Positions 18,304 to 27,237 of a stretch of DNA of 60,452 nt are shown piece by piece. Position 1 is the stretch's first letter. Each line of letters begins with the position of its first letter. Origin of the DNA: an uncultured bacterium (lineage in GTDB: Bacteria; Verrucomicrobiota; Kiritimatiellia; RFP12; UBA1067). Position numbers and translations under genes: made by a program. Under the pieces are notes generated by a model. It saw only the letters and a list, made by a program, of their open reading frames with translations, was not told the origin of the DNA and did not search any database. The stretch covers positions 1-60,452 of the forward strand of contig CAIZQW010000085.1 of the NCBI GenBank assembly GCA_903935195.1, given 5' to 3'.

Positions 18304-21300
18304 TCACTTCTCCATTATTAAACGTCCATCAACTTCTTTTAATTTACGAAATTTCACACGTTCGTTCGGGGATTGGTTCGGCTGATGTGACACCAAACAG
18401 AGGTTTCCCGAAAAATCCCGAAAGAACATGCCATGTCCTCCATTATCAGGGAACAGTGGCTCGCCAGATTGACGCCAGGGCCCCTCGATTCTCCCGCTCT
18501 CAGCCTCTGCCAGACCCAACGCATAGTCGCCTCCTTTGCGGAAGCTAGACCAGAGTATGAGCAGTTTCCCGTCCTTCATGCGATACAAGCATGGACCGTC
18601 AGTGACATACTTGTTTTTACTATACTCACGGACCCAAGGTGCCTCCGAGGCTTTGAAAAGTAGGATCGATTCGCCCTGCCGGGTTGTCCAGTCCTTCGCC
18701 ATCCTGACCGCACGTACGGTGCCCTCCCCTATCTGACACCACTCATGGCAATAAATCATCCAATTCGTACCGCCAACATCGACCCACGGTGTGCCATCCA
18801 AAGCCCGTTGCTCGGGCGGCGTGTTCGCGCCTTCACCCGCAACCACAAAGGGTCCCTCTGGATGTTGTGCTTTCAGAATCTGAGTGCCCCTTCCACCTTG
18901 GCGTCCAGGAAATGAAACAAACATGAAATAAGTGTCACCCATCCTGTGCACTTCGGGGGCCCACACTTCCTTACCACCCCAAAAGTTTGCTGTGGGTCGC
19001 TCAAAAACCTGATGTGGGTTTGTCCAGTTGCTGAGATCCTTGCTACGATAAACCTCTACGCCTGTTCCTAAATTATCATTCCGCAGTCGATTCCCGCATT
19101 GGGCATAGAGGTAATAATTACTCGTCGTTTGATCTGTGAGGATGAATGGATCGCGAACCCGAATCTCGCGCAATTTGAGAGGGAATTCAGCGAGTTGAGC
19201 AGGCGTGAGCGGAACTGGCAGTGAAGATACTCCATCATAATGCGCGGTGAAATTCCACGTGCCAGGAGTCACTTCAAAACGACAATACCGTTCGTCTTCA
19301 CCCTTGCAATTCACGCCGCTCACAGACACTCCCGGCTTACCTTTTTTCCATACTGTTTTTCCGTTGAGTGTCACACTAACGATATTCCGGCCTTTTTCCT
19401 GCGGAATTCCGACCAACGCCTTCGTCCCCTTCGGCGATATAAGTTTCAAGCCGAGTGTAGCCGCATCACGATTAAGCGAGACATGAATGTTACCCTTCAC
19501 TGTCGGCACCACGCCCTCAACGGTTGCCAAATCGCCCATCTGCGGCAGGACATGATACTCCGCGTACGCCACCTTATCCGGGGCCACCCCCAGCACATAC
19601 TGCGACATCATGGTCAGCGGCCCGCCGCTCCAGGCATGGTTATAGCCGCTCCAGCCGCCATATCCATCCCACATTTCCCACAGCGTGGTGATCTCACTGC
19701 CGACCATCTTGGTATAGCGCTGTTTCATCCGTTCGAGACCGATCTGCGCCTCACCCATCATGAACAGGGCTTCCATCACATATTTTTCCATGTAAGGGGA
19801 GGCGTTGCGGTGCTTGTCCAGCACCTCGCGCAAAGCCGCATACTTGTCCGACCCCGCAATTCCGGCCACCACCGCCAGCCCGTTCCCGCGATCATCGGTG
19901 TCACCGGTGTAGCCTGGCGAGCGATACTCTGTACCGTTCCATAATTTCGTGTTGATCCCCTTCTCAACGGCCTTCAGTCGAGCCTGCCATGCCGGTAAAT
20001 CGCCTTCAGCCCCGCACAGCTTGGCCATCTCAATCGCCACCTGGAGTGCCAGGTGATACCACACGCTGTCCAATAGCCTGACGTCAATATTATTTCCCCA
20101 ATCCGACCAATCCCATTCGCCTTTACGATGGATAACCAGACTGTTCTCGTCCAATTTCCAGAGCATCAGGTAATCACGGACCTGCGGATAGACCGCCCGC
20201 ATGGTTTCAACATCTCCCGTATAAAAATAATAAAGCCAGAACCCATATTTTCCGACGCTCGCTAGTATTTGCGGAGGAAGTTCCGCTGCCCAATTTCCTG
20301 AGGGGACAGGTGAATACATGGTTTTGTTGGGTCTCTGCCAGTTCGCCAGCTCAAGAATCCCCTTGTGCGCCAGCTGGTAACCTGGCGGGTCAAAAACATA
20401 AAACGCTTCGCCGAGTTCATTGACCGCATCACCCCACCACTGCGCCCGCTCGCGATCCGGACAGTCCATGTAGTTGTCCCGCATGGTGATATACAGTGTG
20501 CGCCTAGATTTCTCCCAAAGCGTGTTGTAAAACGGATCCTCACACCGGAACATACCGACAAACTCGGCGTTGTAGCCAGTCTCCCGGTATTGCAGCGACA
20601 GAATCTTCACGCCGGCCGGAATCGTATATTCGATCACATGACCGTTCATCCAGCCGAGTGCCTCAAACTCCTGCACCCCGTCCCGGGTGACATAATCCGC
20701 ATGTACACTGAACTCGCCGCCGCCCTTAATGTCGTCCGTCCGGATATCGATCTTCTGGCCAGCCGTTGCCTCGATCTTGAAATATGGCGTCACCTGCGCG
20801 TTGTAAGGCAGCGCGGCCTTGATCACTTTGCCATCGCTTACGGCAGGCAACGCCGCCGCATTCGTATAAGCCTTCAACCCGTAATCCTTCCATTGCGGAA
20901 TTGGCCGCAACACGAGATTGCCCCACGGCGCCACTGGCGGAATACCGCCCTCAGCCGGGGCTGTCCAGGAGGAATCGTCATATGTCGGCTCCATCCAGGC
21001 ACCAATGTCCTTGGTCGCATCGAACAGGAGACTGGACTCCGGGAGCCGGTAATTGGACGGTGGATCACCTGCCGTGCCAAACGCCGGATGAATCCGCATC
21101 TTCCACGTGGCATCGGTCGCGATGATTTCCTTTTCCGGCTTGGTCTCCATCACCAACCCCGGCTTGCCGCTGCTCTTGTGCGAAAAACCCTGCTTACCGA
21201 AATACCAGACAAGAACCGCAATTGTGTTATGCCCCTTCTTCAGATACGGCGCAAGTTCCAGTACATCATAATATCCGTCATTCGGCGTGGGGCCACGCTT

Positions 21301-22104
21301 GAGTCCGCCCTCCCGCACCACCAGTTTGCCATTGATCCACAACCAGTATTTTGAGTCGACTGCAATACGGGCCGGAACCGCTGAAGGTACACTCCCCAGC
21401 TCAAAACCTTTGCGGTAACAGACCCAAGTGTTCGCGTCGGCTTTGGCCGGCCCGATCCACTTCCCAGTCCATGGGGCGCTGACCGCCTGAACCGCCGCTG
21501 TTCCCATGGCGTTGCCGAGCGGCGGGAAGGCGTGCCCCACGTATTCTTCGATGTCCACGATCCGAGGCTGCGCACCATTCCATGTGAATGTGGCATCCAC
21601 CAAATTGGCGTGATCGCCCCACTTGTTATCCCCCGTATCGGACACTTCAATCTTAAGTTTCTTCACACCCGCAAGCGCAACATCAACCACCTTGGGTGCT
21701 TCGGCTGGAATTGTCACTACACCCTTGCTATATAAACCGCCTTTCATCACGCCGCTCCGATACAGTACTTTCCCGTCGCCAGTCAGGATAAATTCAATGG
21801 AACCGCGATCACCCGGAAAATCACTGAATCCGACCACGGCATGAAACTTTTCCGTATTTCCATCAAGGCTAAACATGGCAACCGCTGGTGCATGAAGCCC
21901 CAGTCCATGTTCATATTTCGTTCCGCCCATCTGCAAGGGATGATCCGATGTCGCCCGATCCTTTCTCGGCGCTCCACCACCATTTTCAATCAGACTAAGG
22001 TTGGGCAGATCCTCAAGCCGAGTTTCATTGTCAGCCGCATGACTCGACCTGCACAATCCCCCTGCCAACACAATAACCACCAACCATAATTTTAAATTGC
22101 TCAT
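18304..22104 (-). CDS. NPCBM + GH78 (alpha-L-rhamnosidase-like) + GH43 triple-domain enzyme
   Basis: The ORF runs to 22140, but the ATG at 22104 gives the signal peptide 'MSNLKLWLVVIVLAGG'. The NPCBM block is 'GTKYEHGLGLHAPAVAMFSLDGNTEKFHAVVGFSD'. The GH78 N-domain block is 'WTGKWIGP...ARIAVDSKYWLWINGKLV', and the six-hairpin block is 'DCPDRERAQWWGDA'. C-terminal GH43 blocks are 'VRDPFILTD', 'VWAPEVHRMGDTYFMFVSF' and 'ALDGTPWVD'. Confidence 0.8.
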   Translation of the reverse strand: MSNLKLWLVVIVLAGGLCRSSHAADNETRLEDLPNLSLIENGGGAPRKDRATSDHPLQMGGTKYEHGLGLHAPAVAMFSLDGNTEKFHAVVGFSDFPGDRGSIEFILTGDGKVLYRSGVMKGGLYSKGVVTIPAEAPKVVDVALAGVKKLKIEVSDTGDNKWGDHANLVDATFTWNGAQPRIVDIEEYVGHAFPPLGNAMGTAAVQAVSAPWTGKWIGPAKADANTWVCYRKGFELGSVPSAVPARIAVDSKYWLWINGKLVVREGGLKRGPTPNDGYYDVLELAPYLKKGHNTIAVLVWYFGKQGFSHKSSGKPGLVMETKPEKEIIATDATWKMRIHPAFGTAGDPPSNYRLPESSLLFDATKDIGAWMEPTYDDSSWTAPAEGGIPPVAPWGNLVLRPIPQWKDYGLKAYTNAAALPAVSDGKVIKAALPYNAQVTPYFKIEATAGQKIDIRTDDIKGGGEFSVHADYVTRDGVQEFEALGWMNGHVIEYTIPAGVKILSLQYRETGYNAEFVGMFRCEDPFYNTLWEKSRRTLYITMRDNYMDCPDRERAQWWGDAVNELGEAFYVFDPPGYQLAHKGILELANWQRPNKTMYSPVPSGNWAAELPPQILASVGKYGFWLYYFYTGDVETMRAVYPQVRDYLMLWKLDENSLVIHRKGEWDWSDWGNNIDVRLLDSVWYHLALQVAIEMAKLCGAEGDLPAWQARLKAVEKGINTKLWNGTEYRSPGYTGDTDDRGNGLAVVAGIAGSDKYAALREVLDKHRNASPYMEKYVMEALFMMGEAQIGLERMKQRYTKMVGSEITTLWEMWDGYGGWSGYNHAWSGGPLTMMSQYVLGVAPDKVAYAEYHVLPQMGDLATVEGVVPTVKGNIHVSLNRDAATLGLKLISPKGTKALVGIPQEKGRNIVSVTLNGKTVWKKGKPGVSVSGVNCKGEDERYCRFEVTPGTWNFTAHYDGVSSLPVPLTPAQLAEFPLKLREIRVRDPFILTDQTTSNYYLYAQCGNRLRNDNLGTGVEVYRSKDLSNWTNPHQVFERPTANFWGGKEVWAPEVHRMGDTYFMFVSFPGRQGGRGTQILKAQHPEGPFVVAGEGANTPPEQRALDGTPWVDVGGTNWMIYCHEWCQIGEGTVRAVRMAKDWTTRQGESILLFKASEAPWVREYSKNKYVTDGPCLYRMKDGKLLILWSSFRKGGDYALGLAEAESGRIEGPWRQSGEPLFPDNGGHGMFFRDFSGNLCLVSHQPNQSPNERVKFRKLKEVDGRLIMEK

Positions 22105-22142
22105 ATTGCGTCTCTCAACCATGACGTTTACACATGACATCC

Positions 22143-25100
22143 CTACCGTGCGAGGGGAAACACCCCGAGCCGCAACCGTGTGTTGCCATACGGCACAAGG
22201 GTAAGAGTCTCAACAGCGGTCTCACATTTAACGTTGTCCTGATTCGGCAACGGTGGCGTATAACGATTTTCGACAAGCGTCCAGCCAATCACCTTCTGGG
22301 CGGGCACCTTGATCGCCACTGGGCTGGCCCCGGGATCAAACGGATAGCCCTTGGAGCCCGTGTGCACAAGCGACAACTCCGCTGCGGACTTTGCCGCGAG
22401 CGCATAGTTCCACGCTCCATCGGGACGGATGTCGAGCGCGGGAAAATTCACGGGGTCAGAAGATTTTTTGCCTCTCATATTCGCATAGCTCTGATTATCG
22501 ATTGTTACCTTTTCCGGCACCGGATAGGCAAACAGCAAAGGCCCGCGCTCGACTGCAACGCCTTGATTTTCCAACGTGAGCAACTTCACAGGCATGGGCA
22601 GGCGGAGGACAATCTTATCGCCATCAAGGAAGGTCCGATTCAGGGTGACAAAGGTTCCAGGCGTGAGCGCGCCGTCATAAGGTCTCTGGTTGACAGTGAC
22701 TGCCGGGGATACGCACCAGCCGGGGATACGGAATGAGAAGGGCATTGAAACCGGGGTTGGCGTCTTGAACGTGAAGGTGATGGTCTCTAAAAATGGATAG
22801 CCGGTCTCTTCCGTAACTGAAAGGTGCTGGCGCCCTTGATTGATCGGGAGTGTCGCAGAGGAAGGCCCGTAAAGAGCGGCAACAAGCCCGCCATTCGTGT
22901 CGCACATCCACATCCGCGCAGCATAATTGGGCATGAAGCGATGCACATTGCCAGCGCAACATTCGGTTTCATGACAGGGCCTGTAAGCCATCCAGGTGGA
23001 GCCATGGAAATGCTTATTGTGGTTGGAGTCGCCAGTTGCGATGACCTGATTGACACCGGAAAAGTACTGAAGGCTTTTGAAGTCTTTAGAGATACAACCA
23101 AGCCCGGCATTGAATATAGCCTTCTCAATATGATCGGCCCACGTTGCGTCACCCGTGGCCATCAGGAGATAGCCGACGCTCCAGGTGTAATCCGAAATAT
23201 CACAGGTTTCATGACTCTGATGAATATCCTTGCCCGCTAGAAATTCGTTGGAACTGGGCACGCCATCCGGCAGCATGTGATCGCGATCGAGCTTTTTAAA
23301 GGCGTTGACTGAAGCGGACAGATATTCCTTGTTTCCGGTGTAGGCAAAGAAGATCGCCGGCAGTTTCGCCATTTCATTGTAGGTGACCCCATGCTCAACA
23401 TCCTTTCCCGGCGCGGCCAGAGCACCTCTTCCCCAGATGCCCTGCCCTTGATTGTATATCGCATTGGCAAGATCAAGAAGTTTGCGGTCGCCGGTCTTGC
23501 CGTAGGTCCAAAGCATGCCCTCAAGATTGATGACATTACGTCCACACTTTAACTCCTCAATTGAATAGGAAAGGTAGTGCTGGCGCAGCGCCTCCAAAAG
23601 CTTGGGGTCCTGGGTGGCGGAGTATTCGGCCTGCATGGCCCGGAAAAAGACCGCCATCGGCCACTGGCTGGTGAAAAAGGGGTGGCCCAGCCGACTCTTT
23701 TTCATGGGATGCTCGAGCACATACGCCACGCCATCACGCCCAGTCTGGATGAGCTTGTCATCGCCGATGAGATAGCCGAGCCGGAGCATGCCGTCGGTCA
23801 GGTAGGCGGTTTGTTCGTAGCGCCACCAGTCATCGCCGTTCCCGTTGTAGGGGATGCGCCCGGCCCAAAGGCAGGTATTAAACGGGTAAGACAATATTTC
23901 ACGGTTTCCCGTGAGGCCGGTATTTTGCCGGACCAAAAACTCGCGCAACCACCCCTGCGGCGTGATAGAATTGATAGAAATCTCCTTAAAGGCGTTGAAC
24001 TGCGCGGTCTTTTCCGGCGCGGCATGGACCACATAATCCGACGCGACGGCGAAAGTACTGGAGGTCGCCCCCGCCAGCGAACCCCCGCTGGCCACCAGTA
24101 CGGCGGAACCGCCCATCTTGACCGGCTTGAGCGTGCTGAAGGTCGCCACGCCGGCGACGGCATTCGTGGCGAGGATGCTGTCACCGGAGAAAGCGGTTGT
24201 TGAGCTACTGATCGTCACGCGGCGAGTATCGCCGACCACGGTATTGCCGTTGGCATCTTGGACCTGCACCGTCACAGCCGGACTGAGCGGCCACCCAGAA
24301 ACCACCGCGGCTGTCGGCTGGGCGTCAAACACCAGTTTGCAGGGAGCCCCCGCCGTAACCGTAAAGGCCGCGCTGTCGCCATCCCCCGCCCCTTCACACA
24401 GAGCCGTCAGTACCACGCCATTTTCCGCCTTGGTGTAGGTTGCGCCGCTGATCTTTTTCGCATGGGTTCCGGCAGGAAAGGTCACGGTCGTCGTTCCGCC
24501 TAGGCTACCGCTGCCAGCCTTGCACCGGAGCGACACTACCCGATCCGCCCCGACAGTGGCCGAAGCGTTGTTCATATCCTGGAATTGCACGGTCACATCG
24601 AAGTCGGTGCCTGCCCTCGGGCTGTCCCCACCGTTTATGGAGGTAATCGCCAGCTTCATGGACAGCGGAGCCAGCGATAGCGTGCTGCCCTTGACCCGAA
24701 ACCTGCTGAAATTGGTTTGCTTCACGCCATTGACGCGAATGTACCCTTTGGCAACCAGATCTTCATAGTACGCCTGATTCTGAGTCTCAATCGTTAACGT
24801 CGCTAGCGATGCGGTAGCACCACTGGCAAAGCTGATGTACTCGCCGTCACAATCCAAACCACGAAGACTTCCCGCTTTAAATGTGGCTGACCCGCTCAGA
24901 AGAAGATGATTCGCTGCACCTGCACAGAAATCTAAAGCACCGCCTAGCGTCGCGCTAGCGGTATCGGTCAAACTCCAGTCAGCGACCTTGCTCCCCCCTT
25001 TGTCGCGCCCCAGCAAAACGTCCGTCGTTATCGCAAAGGCGGCCGAACCCGACATCTTGTAGGTACCCCCTGTGCTCCAACCAATGGAGGCTCTCGGGGC

Positions 25101-25376
25101 GCCCCAATTGGTGACACTGCCTAGCGTGCCCCCTCTCTGCTCAAATGTGGCCCCAGCAAAGATCATGAATTCACCGAACCCCAGCAGACCGTCACCCGTT
25201 CCACTTGTCGGAGTCCACACCTCATCCTCAACACTCACGTGCTTCCAGTGCTCACGCTTTTCAGCCAAAAGAACGTTCGGTACAGCCAGCAGGCACAACG
25301 CCATAAGCGTTAGCCTGAAACGCCAACACCAGCTATTCAAAGCTATTTCTTCTCGCTTTTCTGATCTGTTTCGCAT
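22143..25376 (-). CDS. GH127-family (beta-L-arabinofuranosidase/DUF1680-like) enzyme with an N-terminal Big_1 Ig-like region
   Basis: 1077-aa ORF. 'SHETCDIS' and 'CHETECCAGN' fit the Glu-x-Cys...Cys-Cys zinc/catalytic motif recalled for GH127 HypBA1. The N-terminal ~450 aa contain invasin-type Ig-like repeats ('VTAGAPCKLVFDAQPTAAVVSGWPLSPAVTVQVQDANGN'). The ORF overlaps the upstream gene by 34 nt; an alternative start is at 25304. Confidence 0.75.
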   Translation of the reverse strand: MRNRSEKREEIALNSWCWRFRLTLMALCLLAVPNVLLAEKREHWKHVSVEDEVWTPTSGTGDGLLGFGEFMIFAGATFEQRGGTLGSVTNWGAPRASIGWSTGGTYKMSGSAAFAITTDVLLGRDKGGSKVADWSLTDTASATLGGALDFCAGAANHLLLSGSATFKAGSLRGLDCDGEYISFASGATASLATLTIETQNQAYYEDLVAKGYIRVNGVKQTNFSRFRVKGSTLSLAPLSMKLAITSINGGDSPRAGTDFDVTVQFQDMNNASATVGADRVVSLRCKAGSGSLGGTTTVTFPAGTHAKKISGATYTKAENGVVLTALCEGAGDGDSAAFTVTAGAPCKLVFDAQPTAAVVSGWPLSPAVTVQVQDANGNTVVGDTRRVTISSSTTAFSGDSILATNAVAGVATFSTLKPVKMGGSAVLVASGGSLAGATSSTFAVASDYVVHAAPEKTAQFNAFKEISINSITPQGWLREFLVRQNTGLTGNREILSYPFNTCLWAGRIPYNGNGDDWWRYEQTAYLTDGMLRLGYLIGDDKLIQTGRDGVAYVLEHPMKKSRLGHPFFTSQWPMAVFFRAMQAEYSATQDPKLLEALRQHYLSYSIEELKCGRNVINLEGMLWTYGKTGDRKLLDLANAIYNQGQGIWGRGALAAPGKDVEHGVTYNEMAKLPAIFFAYTGNKEYLSASVNAFKKLDRDHMLPDGVPSSNEFLAGKDIHQSHETCDISDYTWSVGYLLMATGDATWADHIEKAIFNAGLGCISKDFKSLQYFSGVNQVIATGDSNHNKHFHGSTWMAYRPCHETECCAGNVHRFMPNYAARMWMCDTNGGLVAALYGPSSATLPINQGRQHLSVTEETGYPFLETITFTFKTPTPVSMPFSFRIPGWCVSPAVTVNQRPYDGALTPGTFVTLNRTFLDGDKIVLRLPMPVKLLTLENQGVAVERGPLLFAYPVPEKVTIDNQSYANMRGKKSSDPVNFPALDIRPDGAWNYALAAKSAAELSLVHTGSKGYPFDPGASPVAIKVPAQKVIGWTLVENRYTPPLPNQDNVKCETAVETLTLVPYGNTRLRLGVFPLAR

Positions 25377-27232
25377 AGAACACCTTTAAAATTGTTTTCC
25401 TTTTTAACATCCGTACAGGCTTCTGTATGGACCTTGAGATCGCCGGGGATCGATTTATTTCCAGTAATGACCAGCCCCTTGACACTCTTAGCTACAATCT
25501 CAGAATTAAAGAAGACATTATCCTCGATCCGAATATTTTCGTGCACAGGCTCCTCTGGCTTGGCAGAACTATTTTCAGGCCAAAGCGCAATGCCGCATTT
25601 AACAAACTGATTACTCCTAATGGTCATGTCACGCACGGGACCCGACTCAAACCAGCCGCGCGCATCATTGGAGACAAAAATTGCCCACATCGCTGTCCTA
25701 TGGAATGTATTATTCTCGATGACAACCTTGCGCCGGGTGGTCAACAGAAAACCGCGCGTGGAACACATAGTCACTTGACAATTGCGAACATAAACTTCTG
25801 GGGTCCATGTAACATTCTCAATAACATCATTTACACGTATTCCCTCAGGCGCAGGCTTATCAAGTGTCAAGAGCATATCCCGCTCGCCCTTCATCTCCGC
25901 CTTCGTTACTTTGCCCGAGGCAAAGATTTGAAGGGAATCCGGATGCACAAAATCAATATCATCCCCTGCAAAGAAAGCCTCAAATCCGTAGGTTTGACCA
26001 TGACAAAAACGGACTTGCACTTGGTCGGGAGCCGGACGTTCCACAATACGCAAATGAGTTCCATGCACATTAATCGGATCATCATTGGTTCCAGAAAACG
26101 TGCAATCCTCTGCGATAAACTTACCTTTGCATCCTGAAACCTGGATAGCGTCCGCCCAGCAAGCGCAGGTGCGTCCCGAGCCAGGCCGTGGCGCCAAGTC
26201 AACCTTCTTCAGCGTCAAGTTCTCACAATACTGATTCACCAGCCCCATGCCATGCATATAATGATAGGCGCAGTTCGTCCAAGAAATATCCTTGCTATTA
26301 CGAGCAAACGATCCGGCATAATCACGGTACGTATCTCGCTCCTGCCAGACCCGCCCTTTGATGAAGCCCGGATTTTCAGAAAAGCTGACACGTATTTTAT
26401 GAGGTTCCAGCTCTTCAAGTTTAGAGATTTTTTTAAAATTTATTCCGGACCGCCACAACGTACCTTCATTAATATTTCCCTGTTGCTGGGCACTCTGTCG
26501 AAAGGCGTCATGACGCCAACCTTCTCCCACCCAGACCATCTTTCCATTCTCGATGACATATTTTGAATCCTTGTGTATGGCCAGATCAGCATGATCCCCG
26601 GCTACATCCTCCACCGTGTACTCCGAGATGGTTGGCCGCCGGTAATCAAACGTCATCCCACTCAAGCGAACATCCTCGGCTTGATCGAAAAACGTCTGGA
26701 TCATCTTGCCGCGCATATAGAGATCGCTCCTCTTATCCGCCTCTCCTCCGACCACTCGCATGTGACGAACTCGCTGGAACGCTAACGCAATGGCTTTTGG
26801 CGTTTTGGGATCATCGTTCGTATTACTGATATGAAGTTTAAGCTTGAGCGACTGCTCTGGATAAAAGTCATATTCACCCACGGCGAAGCGAATGATAATC
26901 GGATTTTTTAAAGTCCCTTCGCCAGAGGGTTTCAGCGTTTCACGATAATCACCTGGCTTCAGCTCAATCCGATCACCTGCCGCCAAAAGAAGCTGGTTGA
27001 CTCTCTTAAGGCTGCGCCACGGCTTGCTGGCGCGAGTCCCGGTATTATCGTCATTCCCGTTCACTGGATCGACATAATACGTTGTTTTGCCAGGCGACTT
27101 CACCAGTTTATCCATGACCGGATATGCATCCTGGTTACCCATATTCTTTGGTTCTTCTCCACCCGCCGAAAAACAAACGCCTAGACATCCAGCAACCATT
27201 ACGGACATAAACCTATTTCGTATTCTATTCAC
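25343..27232 (-). CDS. right-handed parallel beta-helix repeat protein (putative glycanase/lyase, family unassigned)
   Basis: 629-aa ORF. Periodic turn motifs occur in the C-terminal half ('VIENNTFHRT', 'TIRSNQFVKCG', 'RIEDNVFFNS', 'VITGNKS'). The N-terminus is lipoprotein-like ('MSVMVAGCLGVC') if the ATG at 27208 is used; the ORF-track start at 27232 is GTG. Confidence 0.55.
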   Translation of the reverse strand: MNRIRNRFMSVMVAGCLGVCFSAGGEEPKNMGNQDAYPVMDKLVKSPGKTTYYVDPVNGNDDNTGTRASKPWRSLKRVNQLLLAAGDRIELKPGDYRETLKPSGEGTLKNPIIIRFAVGEYDFYPEQSLKLKLHISNTNDDPKTPKAIALAFQRVRHMRVVGGEADKRSDLYMRGKMIQTFFDQAEDVRLSGMTFDYRRPTISEYTVEDVAGDHADLAIHKDSKYVIENGKMVWVGEGWRHDAFRQSAQQQGNINEGTLWRSGINFKKISKLEELEPHKIRVSFSENPGFIKGRVWQERDTYRDYAGSFARNSKDISWTNCAYHYMHGMGLVNQYCENLTLKKVDLAPRPGSGRTCACWADAIQVSGCKGKFIAEDCTFSGTNDDPINVHGTHLRIVERPAPDQVQVRFCHGQTYGFEAFFAGDDIDFVHPDSLQIFASGKVTKAEMKGERDMLLTLDKPAPEGIRVNDVIENVTWTPEVYVRNCQVTMCSTRGFLLTTRRKVVIENNTFHRTAMWAIFVSNDARGWFESGPVRDMTIRSNQFVKCGIALWPENSSAKPEEPVHENIRIEDNVFFNSEIVAKSVKGLVITGNKSIPGDLKVHTEACTDVKKENNFKGVLCETDQKSEKK

Positions 27233-27237
27233 GTTAT

